A stretch of 31,601 nucleotides of DNA from Minisyncoccota bacterium (GTDB lineage Bacteria; Patescibacteriota; Minisyncoccia; Minisyncoccales; UBA10102). Positions within the stretch are counted from its first letter, which is position 1; each line of letters begins with the position of its first letter. Of this stretch, positions 1 through 8,848 are shown one piece after another. The notes under the pieces are model-generated. The model was given only the letters and a program-made list of their open reading frames with translations. It made no database searches and had not been told where the DNA came from. The DNA lies in NCBI GenBank assembly GCA_036397395.1, contig DASWIZ010000038.1, positions 1-31,601 on the forward strand, given 5' to 3'. A program made the position numbers and the translations under genes.

Positions 1-74
1 CTCAAGAAGCTTTACCTCTTTTGCGATGATGGGAAGGACCCATCTTAAACGCTCCTCTTTGATTGTTTTTGTCA
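1..74 (-). CDS. Partial CDS: only the N-terminus of a hypothetical protein, running off the left edge
   Basis: The minus-strand ATG at 72-74 begins MTKTIKEERLRWVLPIIAKEVKLLE and stays open to position 1. It is too short for the ORF track. No family recognised. Confidence 0.2.
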
Positions 75-285
75 TGGCGGTACACATACCCAGGACTCTA
101 CCTGTTCCTGGGAAAACCGCCATATGTGCTTGCACATTACCAAAGTCTCTTGACAATCTCTATGCCCTTGTGATATGATACGCTTGTGATAGGAGAAGTA
201 ACTCCTTGTTGACGCCATCTGGAGGTCTCGAGAAACTCGAACCGGTGAAGGGTGGAGCGCGAACAATAAGGGCACCCTATTACAC

Positions 286-918
286 TTAAGGAGATAGTGG
301 GTTTGCCACTATCTTTTTAAGTTTCGGCTTGATCATCTCAAACCATTTCTGGTTATTCTGCATAAGCTGGTAAAACACGCCGCATATGTGATCGGCCAGC
401 TGGAGATTAAGCAGTTCTGAAGTTTGAAACTGAATGCGGAAGTGTTTATCAGGGTATTTTTGGGCAAGCTCGGATTGCAATACGCTGATAATATCTCCGC
501 GCTTAAGAAGTCTAGGGCGATACGTATCCATTGTAGTAACAACAATCTCTTCATCGTGATAATCCCACTCATTGACCAGCAGAATTTTTAGCAAGTCTAA
601 ATACAGTTTGTCGTAAAGCAGTTGATCTTTCGCAAAGTAGTCGTGCGGCAGCTGGTGTTTGATTTGGGTAATTGCGTAGATTTGAACGTCTTCTGCCTGA
701 AGCTCCCGAAATAGCTTTGGTTTGAAAGCCCTATCAGCCAGGGGGTTGGTGCTTTTGATTTCTCGAGTGATTAGTTTCTTAGGGAGAGTATGTTTTTTGA
801 TTCGGTTGAACACTTTGGCGATTCTTGCCGGGTCAGACGTTGCGAAACCGGCAATTATCAGAAATTGATTTTCCGTGCCGCGTTTGAGCTGGAATGACTC
901 GTCGAGGTAAATATACAT
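286..918 (-). CDS. DUF3800-family protein
   Basis: The N-terminus MYIYLDESF matches the YIxxDESG signature of DUF3800. The ORF is 210 aa and diverges from the 968 gene across a 49-bp shared promoter region. Confidence 0.5.
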   Translation of the reverse strand: MYIYLDESFQLKRGTENQFLIIAGFATSDPARIAKVFNRIKKHTLPKKLITREIKSTNPLADRAFKPKLFRELQAEDVQIYAITQIKHQLPHDYFAKDQLLYDKLYLDLLKILLVNEWDYHDEEIVVTTMDTYRPRLLKRGDIISVLQSELAQKYPDKHFRIQFQTSELLNLQLADHICGVFYQLMQNNQKWFEMIKPKLKKIVANPLSP

Positions 919-967
919 ACTTGTTCAAAGTATAGCATATTTCCCGCAAAGGATTTATAATACCCTA

Positions 968-3900
968 ATGCATCGAATTCTCGTTGTAGCAACAGTCTTG
1001 TGCGGCGTAACTCTTCTTGCCCTGCAGGTTTTTGTGCTTGGAGTTTTCTTTTTTTCATTGCGTACAGCGCAAGCCGCTCCTCCGCCGTGCGACGGCACAT
1101 GGAATACTCCCGGGCAGTACGACTGCGTTGTGCCGCCCGGAGTTACTTCAATCGATGTTGAAGTAATGGGTGCCCAGGGAAGTCATCTTGGAGGAAATGG
1201 AGGAGCGGTAAGTACCGTGCTTTCCGGGCTTACGCCAGGCGAAACGCTCCATCTTTTTGTTGGGGGCGAAGGATCTGGCGGGGGAACTACCATTCCTGCT
1301 GGCGGTTTCAACGGCGGAGGCGATGGTGGAAGCGGGCCCGGCGCATTTGCCTATACCGCTCACGGAGGCGGAGGCGGGGGCGGTTCCGACATACGCCGGG
1401 GCGGCAGCGCGCTAGCCGATCGTATCGTGGTCGCCGGAGGAGGAGGCGGAGGCGGAACCAACTATTTCGCTCCTTCCGGACTCGGTGGCGAAGGAGCCTA
1501 CTCAAACGGAGAAAATGGACTGAATGGACAATTCTGTCCACCCCTAGGCTCAAGGGATGGCGGTTGTGGTCACGGAGGCGGAGGCGGAACGCAAGGGAGT
1601 GGGGGAACAGGAGGAACAAGGGGAGTTGGCGGTATCCCGGGAGGCGCATGGGGCAACAACGGTATAAGCGGCTCCGCTGGCGTTGGCGGCAAGGGTGGCG
1701 ATGGTGTTGGCGGTTCCAATAGTGGTCTTTCGGGAGGCGGCGGAGGCGGGGGTTGGTACGGCGGCGGCGGCGGCGGATCAGGAGGTGCGGCGACCACTGC
1801 CGTTGGCTCAGGCCAGCCAGGACACGGAGGAGGCGGCGGCGGCGGATCTAGCTTTGTAAACCCCGCGATTGGCAACAATACGGTTTACACAAATGGGTTT
1901 CGGCTCGGCAACGGCAAAATCATCATTACCTCCCCCTCGAAGTATGCTGCCCCAACAGCTGATTCCATTACCATACCGCCTGGTTGGTACAACGGAAATT
2001 TTCAGGTAAACTATACAGCTTCCGGCGGTTTATGTGAACTGTGGACAAAAGACGGGTCTGATCCCTGGACAAAAAGGGCTGACGTGACTTGCGGCGCAAA
2101 TAAAACGGCCGCCGTTCAAGTTCCCGCGTGGTGTAGTACAACAGGGGTTGGCCAATGCGGAGTGCGTGTTGTGGCAAACCCAGGACCCGCGCCCCAGCAA
2201 GTTTTTTACTTCACGGGGGGGCCGCAGCCCTGGACCGTGCCTCCCGGAGTTACCGAGATACAAATTGATATACGAGGCGCGGAGGGAGAATCCAGCTTTG
2301 TAAGTAACGGCTATGCCGCTGATTCTGGGCCGGCAGGCAAGGGGGGGCGCGTACAGGCAACCATTCCCGTTACTCCACTCGAAATCCTTGAACTTTACGT
2401 AGGCGGAAAAGGTTGGGGCACAGGAAACGGATGGAATGGAGGAGCAAGTGGAGGAGCGGTTATAGGTGGGGCCGGTACCGGAGGAGGCGGTTCCGACATA
2501 CGCCGGGGCGGAAACGCGCTAGCCGATCGTATCGTGGTCGCCGGAGGAGGAGGGGGAGCTGGCAGAGGACTTAACGCTGGCGGCGGAACTGGAGGAAATG
2601 GAGGAGGGGCGTTTAACGCCGCGGATGGACAAATAGGCGGAAAGTTTGCTGGTAACCCTGGTGGAGGCGGGGGAGCAGGAACACTAACAGGAGGAGGCAA
2701 TGGGGGCTTGTCAGGCGGGTTTCCGTTCGGTTACGGCGATATGGGAACATTTGGAAACGGGGGCGCCGGGGGTTCGCACGTCTTTCCTCCTCCCGCATCA
2801 TTTTTTTCCATACCCGGAGGCGGAGGCGGAGGCGGATATTACGGAGGCGGAGGCGGGGGAATGGGCGCGTATGATGTTGGGGACCCTTACGGAGCTGGCG
2901 GAGGCGGAGGCGGAGGCGGATCCAGCTACTGCGATCCCGATCCCGCTGTATGCGGCGGCGTAACGCACGCGCAGGGCTACCAAGGAGGCAACGGCCAGAT
3001 TATTGTGAGCTATATTGTGTCGGGTGCTGGCCCGTCAGTGGAAGGCTTTGCGGATATGGATTTTGAGGCTCCCACCATCGCCAGCTTCACTGCCACAGAC
3101 GGCGTAACCACGGGAGACGTAAACACCCCTCTTGCGGCAGACACTCCCTCCATTACCCTCGCATGGGCAGGCAACGACGCTCCCGGAGGCTCCGGGCTGG
3201 ATCACTACGAAGTATGGCGCAGTCCAGACGGAATGGGAGGCTGGACTAAGATAAGCTCAAACCTGCCTCCCGCCACCACCACCTTCTCTGACGCTCCCGG
3301 AAGCGGAGACTGGTGGTATGGCGTGCGCGCCCTAGACAAGGCCCTGCCTTCTGGCAACTGCATTACCGAAGCCGGCGGCCACTCGTGCGGAGGAGTGGGG
3401 TCAGACGCGTTTGACCCCCGCGCCGTGGTAGGCCCCATCATCGTGCAAATCAACGATCCTCCCAAAGTGGATGCCGGGGGAAACCAAACCATGGACTTCC
3501 CCGGCGCCATTACGCTTGACGGCGCCGTAACAGACGACGGCCTTCCCAACCCTCCCGGAGCGGTAACCACCCTGTGGAGCGTGGTAAGCGGCCCCGGGGC
3601 CGTTACCTTTGCGGACCCCGCTTCCATAGACACGACCGCCTCCTTTACCGTGGAGGGTGTGTATGTGCTGCGCTTGGAGGCGAACGACGGCAAGGCTTCC
3701 GCTTCAGACGAGATTACCATCGGCCCCACGCCTTACGGGCTGGTGCCCTGCGGGGTGGACCGGAACGACCCGAGCACGCCGTATGACGAAACAGATGCAT
3801 GCACGTTTAATCACGTCTTTCTTTTGCTCTGGAACGTGGTGAACTTCGCGCTATGGAAACTGGCGCCGCTTCTTATTGTCATTATGGTGGTGCTTTCCGG

Positions 3901-4084
3901 CGTTATTATGTATTTCCAGCTGGGCGACGTAAATACTTTGGTGCTGGTAAAACGCATTTGGCGGTACGTTGGCATTGGCGTGCTTGTGCTGTTATTTTCC
4001 TGGCTTGCGCTAAACTTTTTCCTGGGCATTTTAGGTTTTAACATAAACATCTTTGGCCAGTGGTTTCAGATAAACCTTAATTAA
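968..4084 (+). CDS. Large secreted, membrane-anchored glycine-rich surface protein. It has two Gly-rich beta-type domains, an FN3-like domain, a PKD/Ig-like domain and a C-terminal two-helix hydrophobic hairpin.
   Basis: N-terminal signal/TM segment (VVATVLCGVTLLALQVFVLGVFFF). Two copies of the module VPPGVTxI..V.GAxG...GGGGGSDIRRGG(S/N)ALADRIVVAGGGGG. FN3-like stretch YEVWRSPDGMGGWTKIS..WWYGVRALD. PKD-like stretch VDAGGNQTMDFPGAITLDGAVTDDG...VEGVYVLRLEANDG. The C-terminus holds two predicted TM helices (LAPLLIVIMVVLSGVIMYF and VGIGVLVLLFSWLALNFFLGILGF). A TATAAT at 951-956 lies just upstream. Confidence 0.7.
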   Translation: MHRILVVATVLCGVTLLALQVFVLGVFFFSLRTAQAAPPPCDGTWNTPGQYDCVVPPGVTSIDVEVMGAQGSHLGGNGGAVSTVLSGLTPGETLHLFVGGEGSGGGTTIPAGGFNGGGDGGSGPGAFAYTAHGGGGGGGSDIRRGGSALADRIVVAGGGGGGGTNYFAPSGLGGEGAYSNGENGLNGQFCPPLGSRDGGCGHGGGGGTQGSGGTGGTRGVGGIPGGAWGNNGISGSAGVGGKGGDGVGGSNSGLSGGGGGGGWYGGGGGGSGGAATTAVGSGQPGHGGGGGGGSSFVNPAIGNNTVYTNGFRLGNGKIIITSPSKYAAPTADSITIPPGWYNGNFQVNYTASGGLCELWTKDGSDPWTKRADVTCGANKTAAVQVPAWCSTTGVGQCGVRVVANPGPAPQQVFYFTGGPQPWTVPPGVTEIQIDIRGAEGESSFVSNGYAADSGPAGKGGRVQATIPVTPLEILELYVGGKGWGTGNGWNGGASGGAVIGGAGTGGGGSDIRRGGNALADRIVVAGGGGGAGRGLNAGGGTGGNGGGAFNAADGQIGGKFAGNPGGGGGAGTLTGGGNGGLSGGFPFGYGDMGTFGNGGAGGSHVFPPPASFFSIPGGGGGGGYYGGGGGGMGAYDVGDPYGAGGGGGGGGSSYCDPDPAVCGGVTHAQGYQGGNGQIIVSYIVSGAGPSVEGFADMDFEAPTIASFTATDGVTTGDVNTPLAADTPSITLAWAGNDAPGGSGLDHYEVWRSPDGMGGWTKISSNLPPATTTFSDAPGSGDWWYGVRALDKALPSGNCITEAGGHSCGGVGSDAFDPRAVVGPIIVQINDPPKVDAGGNQTMDFPGAITLDGAVTDDGLPNPPGAVTTLWSVVSGPGAVTFADPASIDTTASFTVEGVYVLRLEANDGKASASDEITIGPTPYGLVPCGVDRNDPSTPYDETDACTFNHVFLLLWNVVNFALWKLAPLLIVIMVVLSGVIMYFQLGDVNTLVLVKRIWRYVGIGVLVLLFSWLALNFFLGILGFNINIFGQWFQINLN
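1381..1447. repeat. Near-identical ~67-bp direct repeat, copy 1, inside the Gly-rich gene (encodes GGSDIRRGGSALADRIVVAGGGGG)
   Basis: cggttccgacatacgccggggcgg..gcgctagccgatcgtatcgtggtcgccggaggagg recurs at 2488-2554 with about 3-5 mismatches. Confidence 0.8.
2488..2554. repeat. Near-identical ~67-bp direct repeat, copy 2, inside the Gly-rich gene
   Basis: Same sequence as 1381-1447, with aaac in place of cagc and a divergent 3' end. Confidence 0.8.
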
Positions 4085-4146
4085 CCATAATTCGCGCTCT
4101 ATTTTGCGCTTGCGAGAGTACGAGTTGCAACACGCCGTTCCCCGAC

Positions 4147-4512
4147 TTATTTTTTCTTCTTTTTATCGTTGAGTTGTTTGTCGATAATATTGAGTACCTG
4201 TTCAAGCGTAACTTCTTTTGAAGGCAGAATTTCCTCTTTGTTGCCTTTGTGTTTATGGTGAGGAAACGTTGGGACTGTTCGGTGGTGCGGCGCGTTATCC
4301 CAGCGACAGACAAGTTTACCGCTATGAGTTTGCCAGTGGTAGGAATACTTTGTTTCTGTTTTTGTTGTGAGTTCGCGGATATACAGAAAAGAGGTGCCGC
4401 GCAACGTTGCTTTCGCAGAAAAAACCTGGATATCTTCTTCGTCAACAAAATGAAGAATATCCAGGCGTGAAACAACTTTGCTTTTGCGGAGAAGCTCAAT
4501 TAAGTGGTACAT
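4147..4512 (-). CDS. Hypothetical protein with a paired-His motif (RWDNAPHH...FPHHKH) and a lysine-rich tail. Second gene of a two-gene operon.
   Basis: 121-aa ORF that directly abuts the stop of the upstream minus-strand gene (4512/4513). No confident family assignment. Confidence 0.4.
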   Translation of the reverse strand: MYHLIELLRKSKVVSRLDILHFVDEEDIQVFSAKATLRGTSFLYIRELTTKTETKYSYHWQTHSGKLVCRWDNAPHHRTVPTFPHHKHKGNKEEILPSKEVTLEQVLNIIDKQLNDKKKKK

Positions 4513-4803
4513 TCAGAACTTCTGGTAGCGTTTATGCCATTTCTCGTATGCTTCGGAAAGTCCTTTCCAGACGATATAATCATCCCACAACTCAAAGTTT
4601 TCTTTCTTTTGGGACTTTACTTTTTTCTCAAATTGAGAAAATGAAATTTTGTATTTCGATTCGAGAACCTGCATGTGCCGTTCGTATTCTTTCATCTTTG
4701 CAAAAACAACGCTTCTCAATATGCCCGTGAGGTATTCTTTGGGCTGGGGAGTTAATTCCGTTACCCATTTAGGAAGAGTATAAGAAAAATTACGCTGCGC
4801 CAT
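4513..4803 (-). CDS. Hypothetical small protein (96 aa), first gene of a two-gene operon. Possible TA-like pair.
   Basis: The ORF is contiguous with 4147..4512. Residue composition is protein-like. No recognised domain. Confidence 0.4.
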   Translation of the reverse strand: MAQRNFSYTLPKWVTELTPQPKEYLTGILRSVVFAKMKEYERHMQVLESKYKISFSQFEKKVKSQKKENFELWDDYIVWKGLSEAYEKWHKRYQKF

Positions 4804-4904
4804 ATGCGGCTATTATACATCAGCGCCGATTTCGCGTCAACTTGCGGATTGTGACTTCCGATGGCAAAGGAGCCAAAAGCTAAAAACAAACTAGCCCCTT
4901 CCTT

Positions 4905-5171
4905 TTGACTAAGGGGGGCTTGGCACTAAGCCTTGCCCCCGAAACTTTTATGGATACAGCTCAAAAAGCGCAACTCGAAAATATCAAGGAAAACAAAAAA
5001 CTGGCCCAGTTGAATAACGATGGGCCTTTTATCGCGTTTCTTGGGTTTCTTTTATTTGGGATAGGGTTTACGAACACGTATGGGATTTCTTTAGGCATTC
5101 TTATTACAATGGCATTCGCGCTTTTCGCGTTTTTTGGCATTTCCTTCCTTGTTCGTATTGCCGGCGGTTAA
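4905..5171 (+). CDS. Small membrane protein with two TM helices
   Basis: 88-aa ORF. The C-terminal half (FIAFLGFLLFGIGF...ILITMAFALFAFFGISFLV) forms a hydrophobic hairpin. A stem-loop at 4889-4915 overlaps the start codon. Confidence 0.45.
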   Translation: MTKGGLALSLAPETFMDTAQKAQLENIKENKKLAQLNNDGPFIAFLGFLLFGIGFTNTYGISLGILITMAFALFAFFGISFLVRIAGG

Positions 5172-5264
5172 AGCTAGATTGTAATAAATACGTTTGCCAG
5201 AATACGAGCTTCAGCGCACGTTGCCCAAAGTTACTTTGCTTTTCTCCGCACGAACTCCATAAAA

Positions 5265-5426
5265 TCAATAAATGCGTAAGGCAACTTTGCGCGAAAAGGA
5301 GAACTTTTCGCCGTGCCTTCTTTCTTCTAACATCAAACGAACCTTCTCTGGAGAAGGCTCGAGTATCTCTTCGACCACGTCAAGAAACCGATCCTCAACA
5401 ATGATCCGAAGTTCTTCTTTCGTCAT
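5265..5426 (-). CDS. Small hypothetical protein (53 aa, MTKEELRIIVEDRFLDVVEEILEPSPEKVRLMLEERRHGEKFSFSRKVALRIY)
   Basis: Translated codon by codon on the minus strand. The ATG is rc 5424-5426, directly after the stop of the upstream gene (TAA rc 5427-5429). The stop is rc 5265-5267. It is below the ORF-track size cutoff. Confidence 0.3.
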   Translation of the reverse strand: MTKEELRIIVEDRFLDVVEEILEPSPEKVRLMLEERRHGEKFSFSRKVALRIY

Positions 5427-5705
5427 TTATCGGAAGGAATTGAGAGCTTTTTTGACGCGTTCTTCCTGTGCCTGGAGATAGTCAATTTTAAAAAAGTCGT
5501 CACGCGTTTGCGCGTTTTCCCGTATTTTCCCTTTCTCTGCGAGCTTCTCGAACTCCCGCACACTTTTCACGCCATACTTGTTAGCCAAAGCGAAAAGCTC
5601 GCTTTTTGTTTCCAAAAGCTTTTTTTCAAGAAAGTTTTTTATGCTTTCTTTTTGTAGTTCAGCCACGGGAAAGTCAAACATTTTTGCGATACTGGCAAGA
5701 CTCAT
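5427..5705 (-). CDS. Hypothetical small protein (92 aa), first gene of a two-gene minus-strand operon
   Basis: 92-aa ORF, charged and helical in character. It is immediately followed by the 53-aa ORF with stop and start adjacent. Confidence 0.4.
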   Translation of the reverse strand: MSLASIAKMFDFPVAELQKESIKNFLEKKLLETKSELFALANKYGVKSVREFEKLAEKGKIRENAQTRDDFFKIDYLQAQEERVKKALNSFR

Positions 5706-5818
5706 AATATACTCATAATATCACTCCTTGTGCGTGTAGTCAACTTTCTTTATTGGTTGCCTAGCCCGGTTAAGCAACCAAAAGTTTCTCCACAAAGTTA
5801 TCCACAGGGCACGGGTTT

Positions 5819-5862
5819 ACCCCGCACCTTTTTCTGAATTTAAAAGAAAAAAGGTGCGGGGT
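5819..5862. repeat. GC-rich palindromic hairpin (accccgcaccttttt / aaaaaggtgcggggt) in a divergent intergenic region
   Basis: 15-bp stem with a 14-nt loop. The same core (accccgcac...gtgcggggt) recurs at 27766-27802. Confidence 0.6.
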
Positions 5863-5988
5863 TTAAATTCTAAACCAAAAACAATGTTTTTCTTTAAAAC
5901 CCTTGACAAATCCCGCCAAAGGGTGGTAGAACTAAAGTAGATTAGTACGCTCTTACCACAAAATTAAACACTGGAAGGAGGTGGCCTT

Positions 5989-6582
5989 ATGCAGGTCACA
6001 GTCGGATCACAACGAAAACAATTTCACATTCCTGGTTGGTCCCTTATCCTTTTTGCCATAGTGGCAATCCTGGGTGCTGCGTATGGCGGCATGCAGCTTA
6101 CTCCTCTTTTTGAGAGCGCCATTGCTGCTGACACGCAGCAGACCACAAACCTAGCTCCCGAGGTAGCCCCGGCACCCCAAACCCAACTGGAGCAGTCCGT
6201 CCCGCCAGTATCTGTGCCGGCAAACCGGTCCACCTCGAGGATCGAGGTTCAACAACCGGTATTCCAGGGACGCCCTGCCCCCAGTGCGGCCTTTCCGCAA
6301 CCCGATGGTTACTACATCGGACTTGGGAAGAGCGCATTCGGAAATCCAAATGTGCGCGGGTATGGCACGGTACTGGAATATTTTGGGGATGTTAATGTTC
6401 TGGCTGTTGAAGAGGTAAAAATGCAAGACCTCGGTTTCAATAGTGTGAGCCAAACTAATATGCTCAAGATTCAATATCTGGTTAAAGCCAATGGACGCGT
6501 CAAAAGCTACGTCGTAACTATCAGGAGCACTCAAGCTGGCGTATGGGTTGACCATGTAGGCCCCGGGCAACTCACGCTATAA
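5989..6582 (+). CDS. Membrane-anchored secreted protein (N-terminal TM, ~155-aa extracytoplasmic domain). Possibly a VirB8-like component, which is speculative.
   Basis: Strong SD ggaggtgg 9 nt upstream of the ATG. TM segment SLILFAIVAILGAAYGG. Followed by the terminator hairpin at 6608-6635. Confidence 0.5.
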   Translation: MQVTVGSQRKQFHIPGWSLILFAIVAILGAAYGGMQLTPLFESAIAADTQQTTNLAPEVAPAPQTQLEQSVPPVSVPANRSTSRIEVQQPVFQGRPAPSAAFPQPDGYYIGLGKSAFGNPNVRGYGTVLEYFGDVNVLAVEEVKMQDLGFNSVSQTNMLKIQYLVKANGRVKSYVVTIRSTQAGVWVDHVGPGQLTL

Positions 6583-6607
6583 CCTGACAATAGCAATCCT
6601 TAACCCC

Positions 6608-6635
6608 AAGAGGCCAACCCACAAGTTGGCCTCTT
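6608..6635 (+). terminator. Rho-independent terminator
   Basis: aagaggccaac-ccacaa-gttggcctctt, followed by the T-rich run tacttttac. Confidence 0.6.
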
Positions 6636-6687
6636 TACTTTTACATATATTCTTGTGTTTCTTTTGAGAGATGTTTATAATTATATA

Positions 6688-8790
6688 ATGCCAACAAAAA
6701 AGATTTTTCTCTCTTTGTTTCTTGGAGTTAGTATTTTTGCTCTGCTTGCAGCTCCGTTGCAGGCGTCTGCATGTTGGGCGATATTTCAATGGGCTTGTGA
6801 TATCGGTGGCAATCTTGTAGAAGACATAGCTCGTTTGATTGTATCTGCGGTCACCATTACTACTGGCCTTATTTTCTTTTTGGTTGCTGGTGTTACCAAC
6901 TGGATTATTACGACTCTTATAAATGTTGGCGTTGCACCAGGGGTTGGGCCGCAGTTTGTTACAGACGGATGGACGTTTTCGCGGAACTTTGTAAACATAT
7001 TCTTTTTGTTAATCCTTGTTTTTATCGGCCTTGCCACTATTTTACGCCTGCGCGAGTACGAGCTGCAAAAAACTCTGCCGCGGCTTATTGTTGTAGCGTT
7101 GCTGGTAAACTTTAGCGGCTTGCTGGTTGGCTTTTTGGCGGATGTTGGGAATATTATCACAGTATTCTTTACCCAGAATATTACAGGAGCTCCCGGCGCG
7201 GGTTTGGGTTCAAGTGCTTTCAGGCAGATTTTCAATGCAGGGGGCGATGCTACCACTCAAGCTTTTGCTAATGCTGGCGATCTTGCATCGGGATTTGCGG
7301 CTGCGCTTGCCATAGGAGCCGCCCTTGGGTTCTTTTTTATATTTGCCACTATTGCGTACCTGGCAATTGCTTTAGTATTTTTCTTGCGGCTGGTTATTTT
7401 GTGGGTGCTGGTAATTTTAGCGCCGTTTGCGTTCTTGTTTTCTATATTACCCATAACCAGAAAGTGGTGGAATCAATGGTTAGACGCGCTTATCCAGTGG
7501 AGTTTTATTACCGTGCCTTTGGCCTTTTTTATGTGGCTGGCAAACAACGTCTTGGCAAATCCAATCTCTAGCTTGAGTAGCGGGCCTTCCTTAACTGGCA
7601 ATATTTCTGGATGGTCAACTCTTATTGGTTTAATGATGTCGCCGTTTGTGGCCATTGTGCTGTTGTTTATCGGCCTTGGCATGTCCGCTTCCATGTCCGG
7701 GTTTATCCGCGGCGGCCTGCGCTTCGCCCGTCATGCCGGTGCCGTCGGCGTCGGCGTCCTGGGCGCCAACCTTATCCGCGACAAGTTTCTTGCGCGTTCA
7801 GCAAAAATGCAGCGCCTTGCAAATAGAATGGAAACATTTTCGTCTCGAGGCATGAGCGGAAGAAATGTAGTTGGCCAGACTCTTGGAAGAGCAGGTGCGC
7901 CACTTGTACGGTGGGCGGGCAGAAAAGTGGGATCTGAAACCCAGACAAAAGTTGCTGAAAATATAAAAAAGACGGAAGAGCAAGCAAAGAAGATGTCAGC
8001 CCAGGAAAAAGCCTCGAGGCTTCGCGGGAATATCGGGCTTGACGAAAAAATTGGCATATTAAACGTTGCGGCGCAACAAGGCGAGAGTGATGACGTTATT
8101 CGCGCCGGATTTAGCGAGCGAAGAATTATGGATGTGTACAACTCGGCCAGAAAAATAAACCAACATCAGGATATTCAGGCGGCCTTTCCTCATTTTGTTA
8201 CTGATGATGAACTTCAACAATCTCGCTTTGCTCGCGATTACAACCGCGCGCATCCAGGAGCTAACTTAAGACAAAATCAGGTTACCGCAACACAAGCAGC
8301 TACTGTTACTGCTGCGCAAGTAGTTGATGAGCGTATTCGTATGTACAGTCGAATGAAGCCTGAACGAGTAAAACAGATATCCGAAGGTGCTTTCAATAAC
8401 ACTCCTGGAGTAGGTGGCGCAGTGGGGCCAGGCCAAGAAGCTATGGACAGCATGCTGCTTGGGTTTAATGGCGCGCGGTTTGGCAATGTTGCTTCCGGTG
8501 ACAATGGGCAAGAAGCTGTACAAAACCTTCGCAACCGACTGCTATGGCATGCGACGAATACCACTTCTCCAACTCGTGTTAATCCCGCAGATCCTCGTAT
8601 AGCAGCAATTGTCGGGAGGGCGCCAGGTAGCGCTGGACCAGCTGACCCGGGCGCAGGACTTATGGCTCAACAAGGAATGACGGCAGCAGAAGCAACCGAA
8701 AGAGCACAAATGCGTATCTGGCTTATAAACAATGGAAACGAACCCCTTGCAAGATATCTGCAAGGAACAGGGGGACAAAATCTTTTCTAA
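6688..8790 (+). CDS. VirB6/TrbL-like polytopic membrane protein with a ~330-aa C-terminal hydrophilic domain
   Basis: ATG 6688 gives MPTKKIFLSLFLGVSIFALLAAPLQASA, a signal peptide. The GTG at 6655 is less likely. The first ~380 aa carry at least 6 hydrophobic helices. The C-terminus is polar and Ala/Gln-rich. The gene sits in a locus with VirB3-like and VirB4 genes. Confidence 0.5.
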   Translation: MPTKKIFLSLFLGVSIFALLAAPLQASACWAIFQWACDIGGNLVEDIARLIVSAVTITTGLIFFLVAGVTNWIITTLINVGVAPGVGPQFVTDGWTFSRNFVNIFFLLILVFIGLATILRLREYELQKTLPRLIVVALLVNFSGLLVGFLADVGNIITVFFTQNITGAPGAGLGSSAFRQIFNAGGDATTQAFANAGDLASGFAAALAIGAALGFFFIFATIAYLAIALVFFLRLVILWVLVILAPFAFLFSILPITRKWWNQWLDALIQWSFITVPLAFFMWLANNVLANPISSLSSGPSLTGNISGWSTLIGLMMSPFVAIVLLFIGLGMSASMSGFIRGGLRFARHAGAVGVGVLGANLIRDKFLARSAKMQRLANRMETFSSRGMSGRNVVGQTLGRAGAPLVRWAGRKVGSETQTKVAENIKKTEEQAKKMSAQEKASRLRGNIGLDEKIGILNVAAQQGESDDVIRAGFSERRIMDVYNSARKINQHQDIQAAFPHFVTDDELQQSRFARDYNRAHPGANLRQNQVTATQAATVTAAQVVDERIRMYSRMKPERVKQISEGAFNNTPGVGGAVGPGQEAMDSMLLGFNGARFGNVASGDNGQEAVQNLRNRLLWHATNTTSPTRVNPADPRIAAIVGRAPGSAGPADPGAGLMAQQGMTAAEATERAQMRIWLINNGNEPLARYLQGTGGQNLF

Positions 8791-8796
8791 TTAAAA

Positions 8797-8825
8797 AGTG
8801 GGCTTTCGTATTATGAAAGCCCACT
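8797..8825. terminator. Bidirectional terminator hairpin between convergent genes
   Basis: agtgggctttc-gtattat-gaaagcccact, flanked by an A-run on plus (a T-run on minus). Confidence 0.55.
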
Positions 8826-8848
8826 GTATGCCGCGGGCGGCATTTACT

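Noticed and set aside
72-275. 67-aa minus ORF in the first 300 bp
   Set aside because: It has no start context or motif. It overlaps the better-supported partial ORF, whose start is at 74, in another frame.
1570-2700. Proline-rich minus-strand ORFs (1570..1878, 2395..2700) and other antisense ORFs inside the 968..4084 gene
   Set aside because: They are the reverse complement of the poly-Gly codon runs (GGN antisense gives NCC, i.e. Pro). They are frame artefacts of a low-complexity coding region.
4889-4915. A hairpin (agcccctt / aaggggggct) overlapping the start codon of the 4905 gene, which could be a translational regulator
   Set aside because: It is a single short stem with no conservation evidence.
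5798-5806. A perfect DnaA box, TTATCCACA
   Set aside because: It is a single isolated box with no cluster and no AT-rich DUE nearby. It is most likely chance or local regulation, not an origin.
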